Source of the DNA: Vitrella brassicaformis CCMP3155
Taxonomy: Eukaryota; Protista; Chromerida
Assembly: GCA_001179505.1 (NCBI GenBank)
Contig: CDMY01000247.1
Location: 85,998 to 149,997, forward strand
Reading direction: 5' to 3'
DNA length: 64,000 nt
Positions within the stretch are counted from its first letter, which is position 1. Each line of letters begins with the position of its first letter. Shown here in pieces: positions 23,131 through 35,627 of this stretch. Position numbers and translations under genes: made by a program. Below the pieces are notes generated by a model. The model did not search any database, was not told the DNA's origin, and worked only from the letters and a program-made list of their open reading frames with translations.

Positions 23131-25360
23131 CATTTGAGTGCAATATTGCCTTCTTGGGGCCGGCTGGCTCTCTCGCGAGCAGCAAGTTTTGGAGAGCCCC
23201 TGGTGCTCTGGCGTGGTGTGGTGTGGCGTGTGCTGTGTCGTGTTGTCTATGTACTTTTTAAAACCAATTCCATGCACCGCCGTCTGTCTGTCCGCTATCC
23301 ATCCACAAAACACGGTGCCTTCGTCCATTCATTCCTTCATGTGTGTGCATGTGTGTGTTGCATGTGTGCGTATTTTTTACTTCTTATGCAACCAGCTGTC
23401 CGCCTGTCCGCCTTGTCTGTCTGCCTGGCTGTTTTGTGGATGATGCATTCCCGTCGTTCATTCATTCGTTGACTCACGTGTCGATACTTCACCCCGCGTC
23501 CGTCTGTTCGCCTGTTGGACCGTTGGTCCGCCTGTCTGTGCACGCGCCATTCTCAGGGTGGGTGTACAAAGCAACCAAGGTGGGAGGGGCGTGGCTGCTT
23601 CGAGAAGGATGGTAATACGGTGTCCTTCTCGCCTGGCATGTGGGTCGCCCACGTGTGTGTCTTTGTGGATCCATCCATCCATCCATCTCACTCACTCACT
23701 CACTCAGCATGGCCGAGATGGGATCCACACGTCAGAGAGATTTTGTGTGCACCACACTGACTGCGGGCGAATCACTGAGGAGGGAGGGGGAGCATCGCGT
23801 GAAGAGGGACGAACAACACTTGCTTATAGGCCATTCGAGCGATCGATGACACATGCATGCATACATACAGGTGGCTGGCTGGATTAGAGAGCTTCTCGAC
23901 TGTGCTGACTTCTGCTGGACGAGAGCCTTTTTTTGCCATATTGCATTGCATGATGATGCGTTCTCTTTCATCGGCTTCGCCCGCCTTACCACCTACCTGC
24001 CTTCCAGCCTGGCTCGCGAGTTGGGCCGCCTACTTCTATCTATCTCCATCAATGGCTCTTTTATAACCCTATGACCCTATACTTACTGCCTGCATACCGA
24101 CCCATATCATCTTACAGATGCCCATGCACTGATCCTCATCTCTTTCAAGCGAGGGAGCTCATCAGACAGACGCCAATTGCAATGTCCGTTTGTCGGTCGA
24201 TCGGTCGGCTGGATGCTTTTCCTTCCCCTTTGTCTTTCTCTTCTTCTTTTTATTGTGACTATCCTTTCTCGTCGTCGTGGGTTACTTGGTTGTGTTGGCT
24301 GTCGTCTGTCTGTCTGTCTGCTGGTCGGTCTGCCTGGTGCCATCAACACGCACGCCCTCGAACATCCGATGATCACATTCACCAAAACAACCGACCTGTA
24401 CAGAGCGTGCATGGATAAGGAGGTTAAGGTAAGGTACGTACGGTGCGGCAGACAGCTGCGTAGTGCGCGCAGGGAGGCTGTCCTGTCCTGGCTTGTCGAT
24501 GGATGCATGGATGGATTGAGTGATCGATTGATCGTCTTGCATGGCGGGATTTTGAATGGCGCGTGATGACATTGCATGGGACCTCTGCATCACGCGCATG
24601 AAAGAGATTGAGAGATAGAGGGGAGAGAGCTCAATATGTCTCAAAAGCAACACTCATGCGATTAACGACACTGAGCAACAGCACTCAGACAGACACTGAG
24701 GACAAGACCAGCAGAGACGAGACACGCACACATCCCCACACCCCACGCCACACACAGTACGTCGACCCCGAGCTCTCTTCCCTTCTCCTGCAATGCACGA
24801 CTGTCTGCCTCTTTCAGGCAGGAATCCACCCACACACACGCATACACACACATGCCCTCAATGAATGGCAAAAAAGTGACACCACAGAAATTACGATACA
24901 GCCCACAGTCCCTCTCGGGCCTTTCCCCCCCCTCCATGTGAAAATTGTACGTGTGTACGATGTTCATTTCGTATGCATTTTCGTCTGCGGTCGCCGCAGC
25001 GACAAACTTGGGCCCCACCGGAAGGAGGCAAAGGACAGCAACATGCAGGTGCCAGCGATATTACCCAGCAGTTGTTGTATGAACCCTGCATGCATTTTCC
25101 GCCATCTCTCCGCCGAAAAACCTTTCAGTCTGCTGTGTATGTCGGCGAGAAACCTACCTAGACCTTTCACCCGACCGCCTCTGGCTGGGCCGACTCGCAA
25201 AGACAAACACAGACTCACTCGCACCGAGGGAGACGGCGCCCTGCACTGACCGTCAAAAGGCACATGTGCAAAACCTCACGGAGGCCACGAGACATGCATC
25301 AAAACACCCACTTGCATCCCATCCTCCCCGTATGCATACGATCATGAATGTCACTCGTGG

Positions 25361-27612
25361 TCAACGTCCACCGCCCCCCAGGCGTCTCCTGACCCGACTT
25401 CCATCAGGGGAATCGAGGGCAAAGTTGCTTGCGCTCCAGGAGTTGAGAGCGTTGACGGCATCGATCCCCTTACTGTCGACGAACCGGGCGAGGACGACGA
25501 GGTTTGCCTGCGCGTTCGACAGCTTTGGCGTCCACACTAGCCGCGTCAGCTGGAGGCCCTCGTTAAAGTATATGAAGAAACTGAGAGACAGACAGACACA
25601 CCAGTAGTCCGTGCATCGTCATGCTTTGTCTAATGTGTGGCTACCCGGCTCCGGGCGTCGCACCCTTGTCGTTGACCACACCGGCAACTGCACGTACACA
25701 CACACACAGAGCCACAAAGGACCCACATGAAAGCAGGCGCATGAAGTTGCCACGATGAAGTGACATCTCCCTCACTTTGAGTCGCCGCGGCTCGCGCATT
25801 GAAGGCGTCGGGCTGTCCATTGTCTGGGTTGGTGAGGACCCACAGGTTGGTGTTGGCAGGGATTGCATTGATATCCGTGGGACTGTCCCCCAGCCCGTCA
25901 GCACCAACGAGAAACGCACTCACGAAATTGAGCCCAAAGACCCGAAAATCTTGGGGACTAAACAAAGACACGGAAAGGGAGGGACACATGCACATGAGGC
26001 ACGTCGGACGGCATGCATCATCCATGTCTCCTCTTGTCTCATACCTGAAGACGATTGTGTCTGTGTCGAAACTGAAGTCAAAGATGGAATCCTCCTGTGC
26101 GTCGTCCAATCGGTCATCGACAGAGTAGAGGATTCTGTCGCTGCCGTCACCGGTGAGAATGAAATCCGTGTCACCGCCACCAATAAAGGTTTCACCGCTG
26201 CACACGGATACAAGGGGATCGAAACAGAGGGGCCATCATGTGTAGTGGCCTCAGCTACCTGTTGGTGCCGACTAAGACATCAGATAGACTGGACCCGAGC
26301 ACAAGTGAGTTGGCGGGAAAACGCACACGACCTGATGGATGCACCGAAAAACCCAAATGGACATGGCGTAGGTAAGTCAGCTGACCGTACCAACAGCGAA
26401 GTTGTCCGCCACATAGCTATCAGCATCGCTGATGGCGCTGTTGATGTTGTCAGCGGTCTCGTCGCATCGTCCGGCTGCGATCGCCGCAGCGGCACCCTCA
26501 GCGCATGTAGAGTAGTCCCTGCAGAAATGCAATCGACCCCACCACACACGTCGTGACGTCATGAATGAATCTGTCGGGTGTGACCTACCTCATCAGGATC
26601 TTCAGATCGGAGGCCGAGTCTGCCAGGTTGCTGCTATAGACAAGGCGATTCAGGTTGAGGCCACCCGTGGCGCGATCTTCGTCCGCAGTGTTGACGTTGG
26701 TGTAGAGGAAGACTCCAGGCACAAAATCATCTTCACTACCGTAGTTTGCGGCAATCTGGCCCACAACACAAGAGACAAACAGCCATTTGCTCGGCGACTG
26801 TCTGCTGTGGCAGAGGTCAATCGATGTTTTGTCTTTGCCTATCTCACTCACCACGCTTGCAGCGGCTCCGGCGTTGAACTGAATGGCACACACAACACAC
26901 AGGAGCGCTCGTCATAGCATCCTTTTCGTGTTGCTGGCTGTATTGCACCAAAGGTATCTGCAAAGGATCCCCTTGAGGCCCAACAAGGACAATGAAGTTT
27001 GCGCGAACCTGAAGGAGAGACATGGACATGGTATAGGTCGCCGCTTCATATGTTCTTGTACATCGCAGGCATCTCCGGGGCTTTGGAAGGACGTGAAGCC
27101 GTCTTGCAGGCGGAAAGTAGGCACACTGCTATCGTCGACCAGCACCTGCACCTTGCAGAAGCGAACCTGAAACGATGACATCACTCCCGCCACAGGAGAA
27201 GAACGCTCATCCGTACGGATGGGGGCGATTGCCAGTGGGTGCGTAGTGTGTTCACCGCTGGTTCGATATTGAAATCTGGGCCGGAGAAGAACCAAATGTC
27301 CCCTCCAGTCCCCGCATCAAAGTCAGTGACGATGTCCTCATTCGCTACGACCTGTCTTCCCGGCGGAGTCACATCACCGTCCGCGAATGGTTCTCCAGAG
27401 AAAGCCACGCGATCCACATCCCCAATCCCCTCTTGGCCAGTGCTGATGGTGTCTTGGCCACCGAGCGGAACGAAGACGTCGTTTGAGGAGCCGACGAGAT
27501 TGTCGTCGTTGTTGGTTCCCACGATCAGCAAGTCTGATGGAGGCCCCTGGCAGGAGGCTCCTTGGAAGAGAGCGAGCACAAGACACAGCAGCCTCATTCC
27601 CCGGTGCCACAT
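25361..27612 (-). CDS. Secreted protein with RTX-like Gly/Asp nonapeptides and two copies of a bacterial-type extracellular module
   Basis: Signal peptide MRLLCLVLALFQGASC. GG.D-type motifs (GTNNDDNLVG, LGGQDTIST, GGGDTDFILTGDGSDRI). Two modules end FNAGAAASV..GVFLYTN..GLNLNRLVYSSNLADSASDLKILMR and FNARAAATQ..GAGFFIYFNEGLQLTRLVWTPKLSNAQANLVVLAR. Stop at 25361-25363; multiple GT-AG introns. Confidence 0.8.
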
Positions 27613-27985
27613 TTTGGCAGCGCCCCGCCTATGTGATGGCCTCAGCACCTGCACACACAAAAGCCACCATTGGGCACACGACCACTTCTTTCTTTCCTTG
27701 GTTCTATACCCCTCCTTGCGAGCACTCGGCCTCACCCCTCCGTCGACGGCCCTCCTTGAGGCGTACAGTGTGGAGCTTTCTAACGGCCGCGACGAAATTG
27801 AATTTTACACAACAAGAAAGGAAGCACGGACGGAGGGGGGCGTATAAAAGACCAATTTTTGCCAGAAACCCAAGAGAATGGACACCATCGCACCGTTATT
27901 ACGTATCGGGCTAGGGTCGTTCTGTTCGTCAAACCCATGAAAGAGGGGCCTGCCTCTTTTTTCCGACAAGCCGCCGTTCTCAATC

Positions 27986-29010
27986 ATGTCAGAGGAGTCG
28001 GCGCTGCGGCCGCCGTTGCGATTTGAGAGGTCCACTTTCCTTTTCTCTGCCACGCGGCAGCTACCGCCCTTATCCCCCGATGACAGTGCTGATCCTGAGG
28101 CCTGCGGTGCTCATGGCAACGCTGCGGAGGAGAATGAGCCTGCGGATGATGTGGAGAAACGGCTGGCCGCGTTGGATAAGCTGGAGAAGGAGCTGGAGCG
28201 GGATTTGCAGAGGTTGGACATGCTGAGCCTGGCGCGGCCACCGCCTGCTCTCAGGGAGGACCAGGGGCATGTACCGAAGCCTGCTGTACCACAAACGGCA
28301 CTCAGAAGGGGTAACAAGGAAATGAATAACATGTGCAGTGCATGTGTTTCTGTGCGCAGGTTCGGTTCCACCTGTGCGTAGACAGGCCGTTGTGAAGAGC
28401 CGGGCTGTGAGGTGCCAGGAATGGAAAGCCAAAGACGACGAAACGCAAGCTTCAACCGTACGCACCTTTCCTTTATATGAATGAGAACATCAGACAGAAT
28501 CGAGATGAATGAAATTCGTTGTATCACTGCTGTGAACTGATGCAGGTACCCGCCCTCCCGGCCTCTTCCCCTTCGCTGAAGAGGCGTCCTCCTCTCCCGT
28601 CGTCCGCTCACCGCAGCCGCAGCATGAATCGCTCGTCGTCAGCTGGGGCACTCCATACGTTGAACAGCCAGAAGAGCAGCGCAACGCTCATTGGCGTCCG
28701 GGCGCTTTCACCCGACCTGTCGTCGGTCGCGTCGAGCGCATCCCCGCGTATCACTGCCGGTGGTGTGGGGCTGCCGACCGCCCCCCCTCGTTCGTTGCCA
28801 CTTGCTGCTCGACGACCGGATCCCCCTCTTGCCTTCAGCCCCTGCCACGACACGAGGGAGGGACCGTGTGGTTGTCGCGTCTGTGCGCTCAAGAAGCAGC
28901 AGAGGCGGAGGGAGGCGTTCAGGTCTGCGTGTCGGGAGGCGTTGGAGAAGGTGGCCACGCTTAGACGGCAGCGGGAGGCGAGCAAGGCACAGAGGGACAG
29001 GGACCGATAG
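27986..29010 (+). CDS. Hypothetical protein with short coiled coils and low complexity
   Basis: Three exons traced (27986-about 28310, about 28360-28457, about 28548-29010) with canonical splice sites; EKRLAALDKLEKELERDLQRL and a basic helical C-terminus. Confidence 0.6.
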
Positions 29011-29314
29011 CTAGGGACGGACAGTCGTACCCGTGTGAAGGTGCATTTGTACGTGTATGGACGCTTTGTTCATCTGGTTGTGATCTTACAAGAAATAAAT
29101 CTTGCCGGGGTTTTGGACATATGTAGTCCCCGATCCAAAAGAGTCTTGACACGAAGGTCTGTCATACACGCGGTCGGTATCCACATCACTGTACACCAGA
29201 ATCGTCCGCTCTCCCCTTCACGATCAGAGTCAATTCACCCTAGCTTCAGTCGTTTTCTCAGCTGTTTAGAGGAAGTGAAGCCTTGAAATGACTGCCCTGC
29301 ACACACACACATGG

Positions 29315-30051
29315 CTAGTTTGGCATGTACGGATGCCCGCATGTTCTCCCTTCCTTCCAGCAATTTGCCCTTCCGACTGACTCACAGTAGTTGCTCCCGC
29401 CTCGTCTGCTTGGCTTGTTCCCAGGCTGCCTGTTTGTTGGCAGTGGCAAGGGATCCCGTGTCGATGATGCGCTGCCCGACGGCGGACTCCCACGCTTGCT
29501 GGTCCCTCCGGAAGCGGCCGAGCCGTCCCCAGCATTCGAACGACGGGCATCTCGTAACCCTGTGGGTGTAGTGGTCTCCCTTTCGTCGTGCGATTGGCCT
29601 CGCGGCGCGGCGGCCTCCGACTTGGCCTCCGACTTGGCCACTTTGCTGGCTTCTTCTTTCCACAAGTCATCGAAAATCCTGCAAAATAGATAGCATTCAG
29701 ATACCCGTTCCATGATCGGCACTTGTGCGTGCATGTGCTGCGCGTACCGGACGACGAGAGAGAGCGGGAGAGGCACAGGGAAGGATGGGAAAGGGGGCTG
29801 GGACACCTGTGCGTGGATGCGAGCAGAGCAAAGCACAGGCTGAGGGAGAGGATAATGAAAGGCGTGTGCTCACTTGCAGCATTTTCTTGAGCAGGAGCTG
29901 AGACTTCGGAGGCAGTGAAAACCGACCGCTGTTTGTTGACGACTCTCCTGATGAGAACAGAAGCATACACGTCTTCCGTAGATCCGTATCTGTTTGCACC
30001 TGCGCCTGACAGCCAGGCGTCCCTCGCAACGGCCCATCTCACTGACCGCAT
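29315..30051 (-). CDS. Hypothetical protein, structure uncertain
   Basis: Minus-strand donors and acceptors at about 29870, 29810 and 29690, and a protein-like stretch IFDDLWKEEASKVAKSEAKSEAAA; the reading frame across exons is not resolved. Confidence 0.35.
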
Positions 30052-30962
30052 CCGCCCTACAGATCAGATAGATCACACATCTGCTGCGGTGTGCATTTCC
30101 TGCGTTTCCTGGAGTCCGCAGCGGAGTTTCGGGCTACAGTACCTCCCCGCTTATTTTTGATGTCACTCACGAACTGACGGTAAAGACTTATTTGTTACGG
30201 GGTGCGGCGGCAGTAGGCGGCAGCACAAATTTCCCTTGCATTTGTCAGAAACTAACGTTGTTTCCAAGCATCCTTTCGCATGTCTCAGTAAAAACAGGGT
30301 TGTTCTGAGTTACACACGCGCTCATACAGTGTCAGATGGGTCTGAGAGTATGGCACAAGATGGTTGTACTTACGAGACGACAGATGCAAGGCCCAGCTCC
30401 ATTATCCCCTCCCACATGTCTCCTCCGCTCCACAGGAGACAAATAAACCGGGGCGGGAGACGCATGCATATCGAAGACACGCAGATAAGCAGCAGAATCA
30501 CAGCAGACAACGCATGGAGATGTGGGTGAAAACCATGCGAGTAGCATGATCCATCTGACACGAATCCATTGGCCTTCCCTTCCCACCCCGACAACGCTGT
30601 TAATTAGCCCGGCCTGGCTTCGCTTGCTTCTCAGCCCTTTGGCCACAGAGGACAGCCAGGGAGACACACACGCACGCACCTGTGATGTACCGACGGTCAG
30701 ACAGGTGGAAAGATACAAATGGAAGTACAAGTATATGTATGGATAAAGACACAGGTATTAGATAAATATGCAGGCGCTGCTTTCGAACACTGTACAATAA
30801 GTCGCAAAACCGGATGTCTCTAGTGAATACCACCTGAGTGACACCTACCTGGCAAAACGAGTGGTGTACGTACACAGAAAAAGCATACTGCACAATGGGA
30901 TTCACAGACTGACCAACCGAGTGGCAGGATCCACGTGGCTGTCAGCTCTGCCGACTCTTCTG

Positions 30963-32330
30963 TCACTTGCTCGCCAGAAACTCACTCTGCGCAGGGGAGG
31001 GGACCTCAACTGCGCGCACACAAGACAAAACCGACACATAAGCAAAAGGGTGTGTGCACTCACGTGCCCGTTGCCCCGGCTTACATCCGATTTCGATGTC
31101 CTTGCCCTCGATGTCTCCGTTGAAGGGGGTGGCCGCCAAAGTGAAGGTGCCCGGCCCCGCGATGGAGTCACGTGCCCCCTTCGCGAAAGCACTCGACTCG
31201 TCACCATCCGCACTCGCCGAAGACTTGCCCGCCGTGCCGAAGGCCGTGAATCTGCCCTCTGTGCCCTTGGTGGCCTTCTCGAGATAGGGAGGGTCTCTGT
31301 GCACCACCCACACATACAGGCCACATGAGTCGATGCCGTGTGTTGGATGTGTGTGTGGGTGGGCTGACCTGAATGTGTCCCAATCGATGAAGACACCCTT
31401 GGCCTGAACGAAGCAACACACACACAGGGACAGACGGAGAGGCGATGTGTGTGTGTGTGTGTGTGTGTGAGTGGTGTAGATGTACGCACATCAAAGAGGA
31501 GGAACTGGACGGCCGTGACGCAGGCCGACTCGGGGACGGCCGTGAAGGTGAAGTCCACACCCATCTCAGCGGGGACAACGAAACCAGTCATGCTGTCCTT
31601 GATGAGCTCGTGGCCCTCCGGCTGGGAGGGCTTCCTCACATCCACGAGGCGGAAGCCGGCCAGAGACGGAGTGACATCTGCAGACAGAGAGCGGCCATCA
31701 ACAGAGACAGGGACACAAACAACGCAGGCAAAGGAATTGGTGTTCCATGCTTCAGCCCCTCTTACTTGTGCATCCTGCTCGTCGAATGAAAGACAACATA
31801 GACACGACAAAGCTCAATGCACGCAAGTCTTTCCTTTTCTTGCCGTTTGTCTGAGTGGCCATACCTTTTCTTGTAGCATGGGCCTCGTTCACCTTCAAGA
31901 CCACATTCTCCAGCACGTTACTCGGCACATCTGGTATGACACAACACGACACGACACGACACGACACGAGGCAAAATCGTCAGTGCCCACCTGGTGCGTC
32001 ATCCATCCGTACCTGCACGGAATGCTGCTTCAGGCTCCTCTGTGAAGGGCTCCTCGGTCGCGGCGACATCCGGATCCTCTGTTGTGAAGGGCTCTTCAGC
32101 CAGGTCAGGGTCCTCCGTGGGCTCTGCATGTGGACCATACAGAAGTGGCGACACAGACATCTTGTGGTGTACGGCGCTCTCCCCTGCTCACCTTCGGTCG
32201 TGCCGACATCGATGTCGTCTGGGTCAGCTGTCGTGCCGACTTCTATGTCGTCTTGCGCCCAGGCAAACGAGGCGAAGCTCAGCAACGCAAGAAGGAAGAG
32301 AGCGGTGAGAGAGAGAACTCGGGACTGCAT
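30963..32330 (-). CDS. Secreted beta-sandwich-like protein A (paralog of 35628-36836)
   Basis: Signal peptide MQSRVLSLTALFLLALLSFASFAWA; acidic repeats (DDIEVGTT/DDIDVGTT, EEPFT x2); core VTPSLAGFRLVDV...FTFTAVPESACVTAVQFLLFD.KGVFIDWDTFRSREPPYL...GPGTFTLAATPFNG..EGKDIEI; ends FEVPSPAQSEFLASK*. Confidence 0.8.
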
Positions 32331-33021
32331 GACGGGTAAAAAGGGCAGAAAAGGGAGAAGGGGAGGAGAAGAAGTGCTTGAAGCGGCTTCTCGTGCGCCA
32401 CAGAAACAACTAGCACGGAAACGGTGCGTACACTTTTGGCCAACGGCGCAGGCAGTCGAGAAGAACGCAAAGTGTGATGACCAGTACAAGGGATGCGGGT
32501 CCATGGACCAATCGTTCGGCGTCGCGTCCGTCTTGACGTCCATTTCTCCGTCAAATACCTCAGTTGAAATAAAGATCTGCCGGAAAGCTGAACGGGAATG
32601 CAACAATTAATGCAACGCAAGAGAAAATTAGATGGCCGAGGCGCTCAGGTTGTGGGATGCATGCATGCTCAAGTCCCGGAGGACAAAGCGGAAGCGTACG
32701 TGCCTGGCGCTCTTTGGTGGCTGTCAAAACAAACGCTCTGTTTAGTGCAGCACAGTACGGCCCAGGCAGCCTCTGCTCAAAAAGCCCCGCTGTACAGTGT
32801 TCTCGCTACCCAACTACTCACACGCCACAGCCCCTCCATCTGCAGCCCCTGCCCCTACTACACTCTGTCGCTGGTTCGCTTGTCTCTCATCTGCAGCCCT
32901 TCCGTCACAGGACCGCTTTGGCGCTTGAACACACGCCACATGCATCCGACAGAAACACTGAACAACGCGATGACCGCCCACGCTAGCAGCCAGCCATTCC
33001 ACTCTCGCCTTTGTGGGCCTT

Positions 33022-34724
33022 CTAGTCATAAGGAGGACGGAATTGGCTCGCTTGAATGGATGATGAGCCGTCCTCCATCCTGACCCAGGTCTTGGTGCGC
33101 GTGAAAGAGGGGTCTGATAGGTCGATTTGCAGAAGGCGCGCCCCTCTCGCCCACTTCCCATAGCCGCCATATCCAGTGTGCCGGCCAAAGCAGAGCATGA
33201 TTGAAGAGCTGACACAGAAGGAAGATCATCCCATCAGATGTTCGACTCGTTCGGGAGTGCAGCACTCACCCCCGCGGAGCGCTGCTGTCTGTGGTCTCCT
33301 CGCGCAGCGTCACCTCACCGCGGAGAAAGGGTCCAGATGTGTTTGCAGGACTCAGTGAAGACGGCTGCTGGGGCGTCGTCAGCTCAATGGGGCAGCAGTA
33401 GTCATTGCCTGCACAACACAGAAAATGCACATGCGTGTGATGCGGCGGGCTGCTTCTGCTCCTCGACACACTCACCGTGATCATGGCCCACGAAAATGTA
33501 CTGCACGTGTGCTGCCACTGCTGCGGCAAACACGCCCGTGTCGACCTCTGTTGGATTGATTTCGTCGTCGATCATGCCGAAACACCTGTCAAATCCGCAC
33601 AGTGGCCTCCCTCCCCTGGATGCGTCTGTCCTTCGCTCACTTACCGTGGCCCGAGTGTGTTTGGGGTGCTGTAGGTATATTCCTTGCAAGGAATGTGCAT
33701 GTACAGAAAGGCCGGCAGCACCCCGTACCTCTCCTCCATCTCTCGTGCCTTTGCTGAGAACCACCTCACTTGGTCCTCCTGCATCCATCGACAAAGCACC
33801 AGCTCACTGTGCCACCGATATCATCCACGCATCTCCCTTGAGCATACCCGTATGATCTCCTTGATCGATCCGCCCCCACTGTCAAGAAACCACAAGAGAG
33901 CTGCCGGCTGACCCCTTGCAGCATCAATATCACTCCGATACACCTCGAGCACATAGTTAGTGACTCCACCGGCCATGCTGCTGACGAACATCGACTCAGT
34001 GAGGGACCCAGGAAGCGACATGTCGTACTGCAGAAGTGCCATCCTGCGCGACAGATCATCGTGGGGTGGGTGTCGAAACGGCTCATCAGAATCGTCATGA
34101 TTGCCAAACACCATGGCGAAGGGCTTGTTGTGGCGTCGCACAGGGCCCGTCAGCATGTCCCAGTAGCGCGTCGCATTCTGCCGATACGTGGTGATCTGGT
34201 CGCCAGTGAATACAACCAAATCAGCCTGGTCTTCAAGAGCCAGAATGGTGTCCATCACGGCAACGCTCTTGCGGTCCTGGGATGGCCCCCACCACAGTGA
34301 TGGCTGCTCGTCGAAATGCAGATCTGCACACAAACGACACAAAACCATCATCACATCAGGATGCACACCCCTGCATACCATGCCTAAGTCATCACCTGCG
34401 AACTGGACGATTGTGAATTTTCCGTCTGATTGTGCCACCAGCGGCCTGCGGACGTGACTGAGCTCTTCTCGTTCGTCAGCATCAGATGCCTGAGAGGAAC
34501 ATCAGCCAGGCACACCACAGCGACAGGCAGATGCAGCTTGGCGTTTGTCCTGGAGGTGCGCCTTTTGCTTGCGTGCATACCCCGCGCTGTATCGCCTCCA
34601 TTGCTCCTCGTTCTTCGGCGACACCTGCTCTCTCATCCTGCAGACGTCGGGGCGTGCTCAGGCGGGGCGCCTCGCCACTTGCGCATGCCACAAGGGAGAG
34701 CAGTGACACAAGACCAAGGCTCAT
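33022..34724 (-). CDS. Secreted calcineurin-like metallophosphoesterase (PAP16/PAP29/Dcr2-like group)
   Basis: Signal peptide [17 protein letters not shown]. All five metal-binding blocks are present: ADLHF, TGDQIT, GNHDD, YMHIP, VGHDHG|NDYC. The C-terminal [20 protein letters not shown]...TWVRMEDG is typical of this group. Confidence 0.9.
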
Positions 34725-35627
34725 GATGAAGGTTGACGGGCCAAAAGCGAGGACGAAATAGGACGGAATACTAGGAGCGGATGAGTGTGCTGTGAAGCAA
34801 TGATTTTCTCTTCAATTTTTGTCATCATCGATGTGTATGTGCTTTGTATCAGCGGGTCCGTATTCTGTGCGCATAGCTACAGAGTCGAAAGCAGATGCGT
34901 ATACCAGAGACAGCGAGACTATAAGTATGAACATGTATCCCTTCTGCACATGCACATGAACGCGTCATGATCATCTGGCTGCCGGCCATTTTTGGCGGCA
35001 AGAAACAAGCGGCGAGAGGCACACGACCAGCTGATACAGTGGCACAAAAAGTGCTACACACGAGCCTTCCAACAACAACGAAAAGCCCCATGAGGTAGAG
35101 ACGCCAGTTTGTATGCACGTCACGGTGCACACTACACAAATACTGACTTATGCAGGAACGAATGCACAAATACAGATGTCAGATCTACCGACCATGTAAT
35201 CTACTACAAGTACGACATACATACATTTCTGCAACTAACCGCTGCATGCCGACCTTTCTCTATCTATCAGAGGAAAGTACGAAAGAAGAGAGAAGGAGAG
35301 AAAAAAAGGCATGGCAAAATATGCAGAAAGCGAACATCCATATGGAGGAGCTCCCACATACTGAATGTGTGTATCATCATGCACACGGGCAGACAGCAGG
35401 TGCTGGGAGGCGCATCGCGTCATGGCTGGCTGTACACAGCAACCGCCCTCATACGAGCATCCTTGATGCTGACATTCCTGTGCGGCCATGACATGCAGAA
35501 ACCACAAGCAGACCGTCATCATGTCATACGTGCAAAGAATATGGACGTCACTGGCCAAAAGCGGCGGGTAGAAATGGGGTACACCCCCAGAGAAGCAGGT
35601 CCGTCCTCCTCATCTGCAGTCAGCGGG

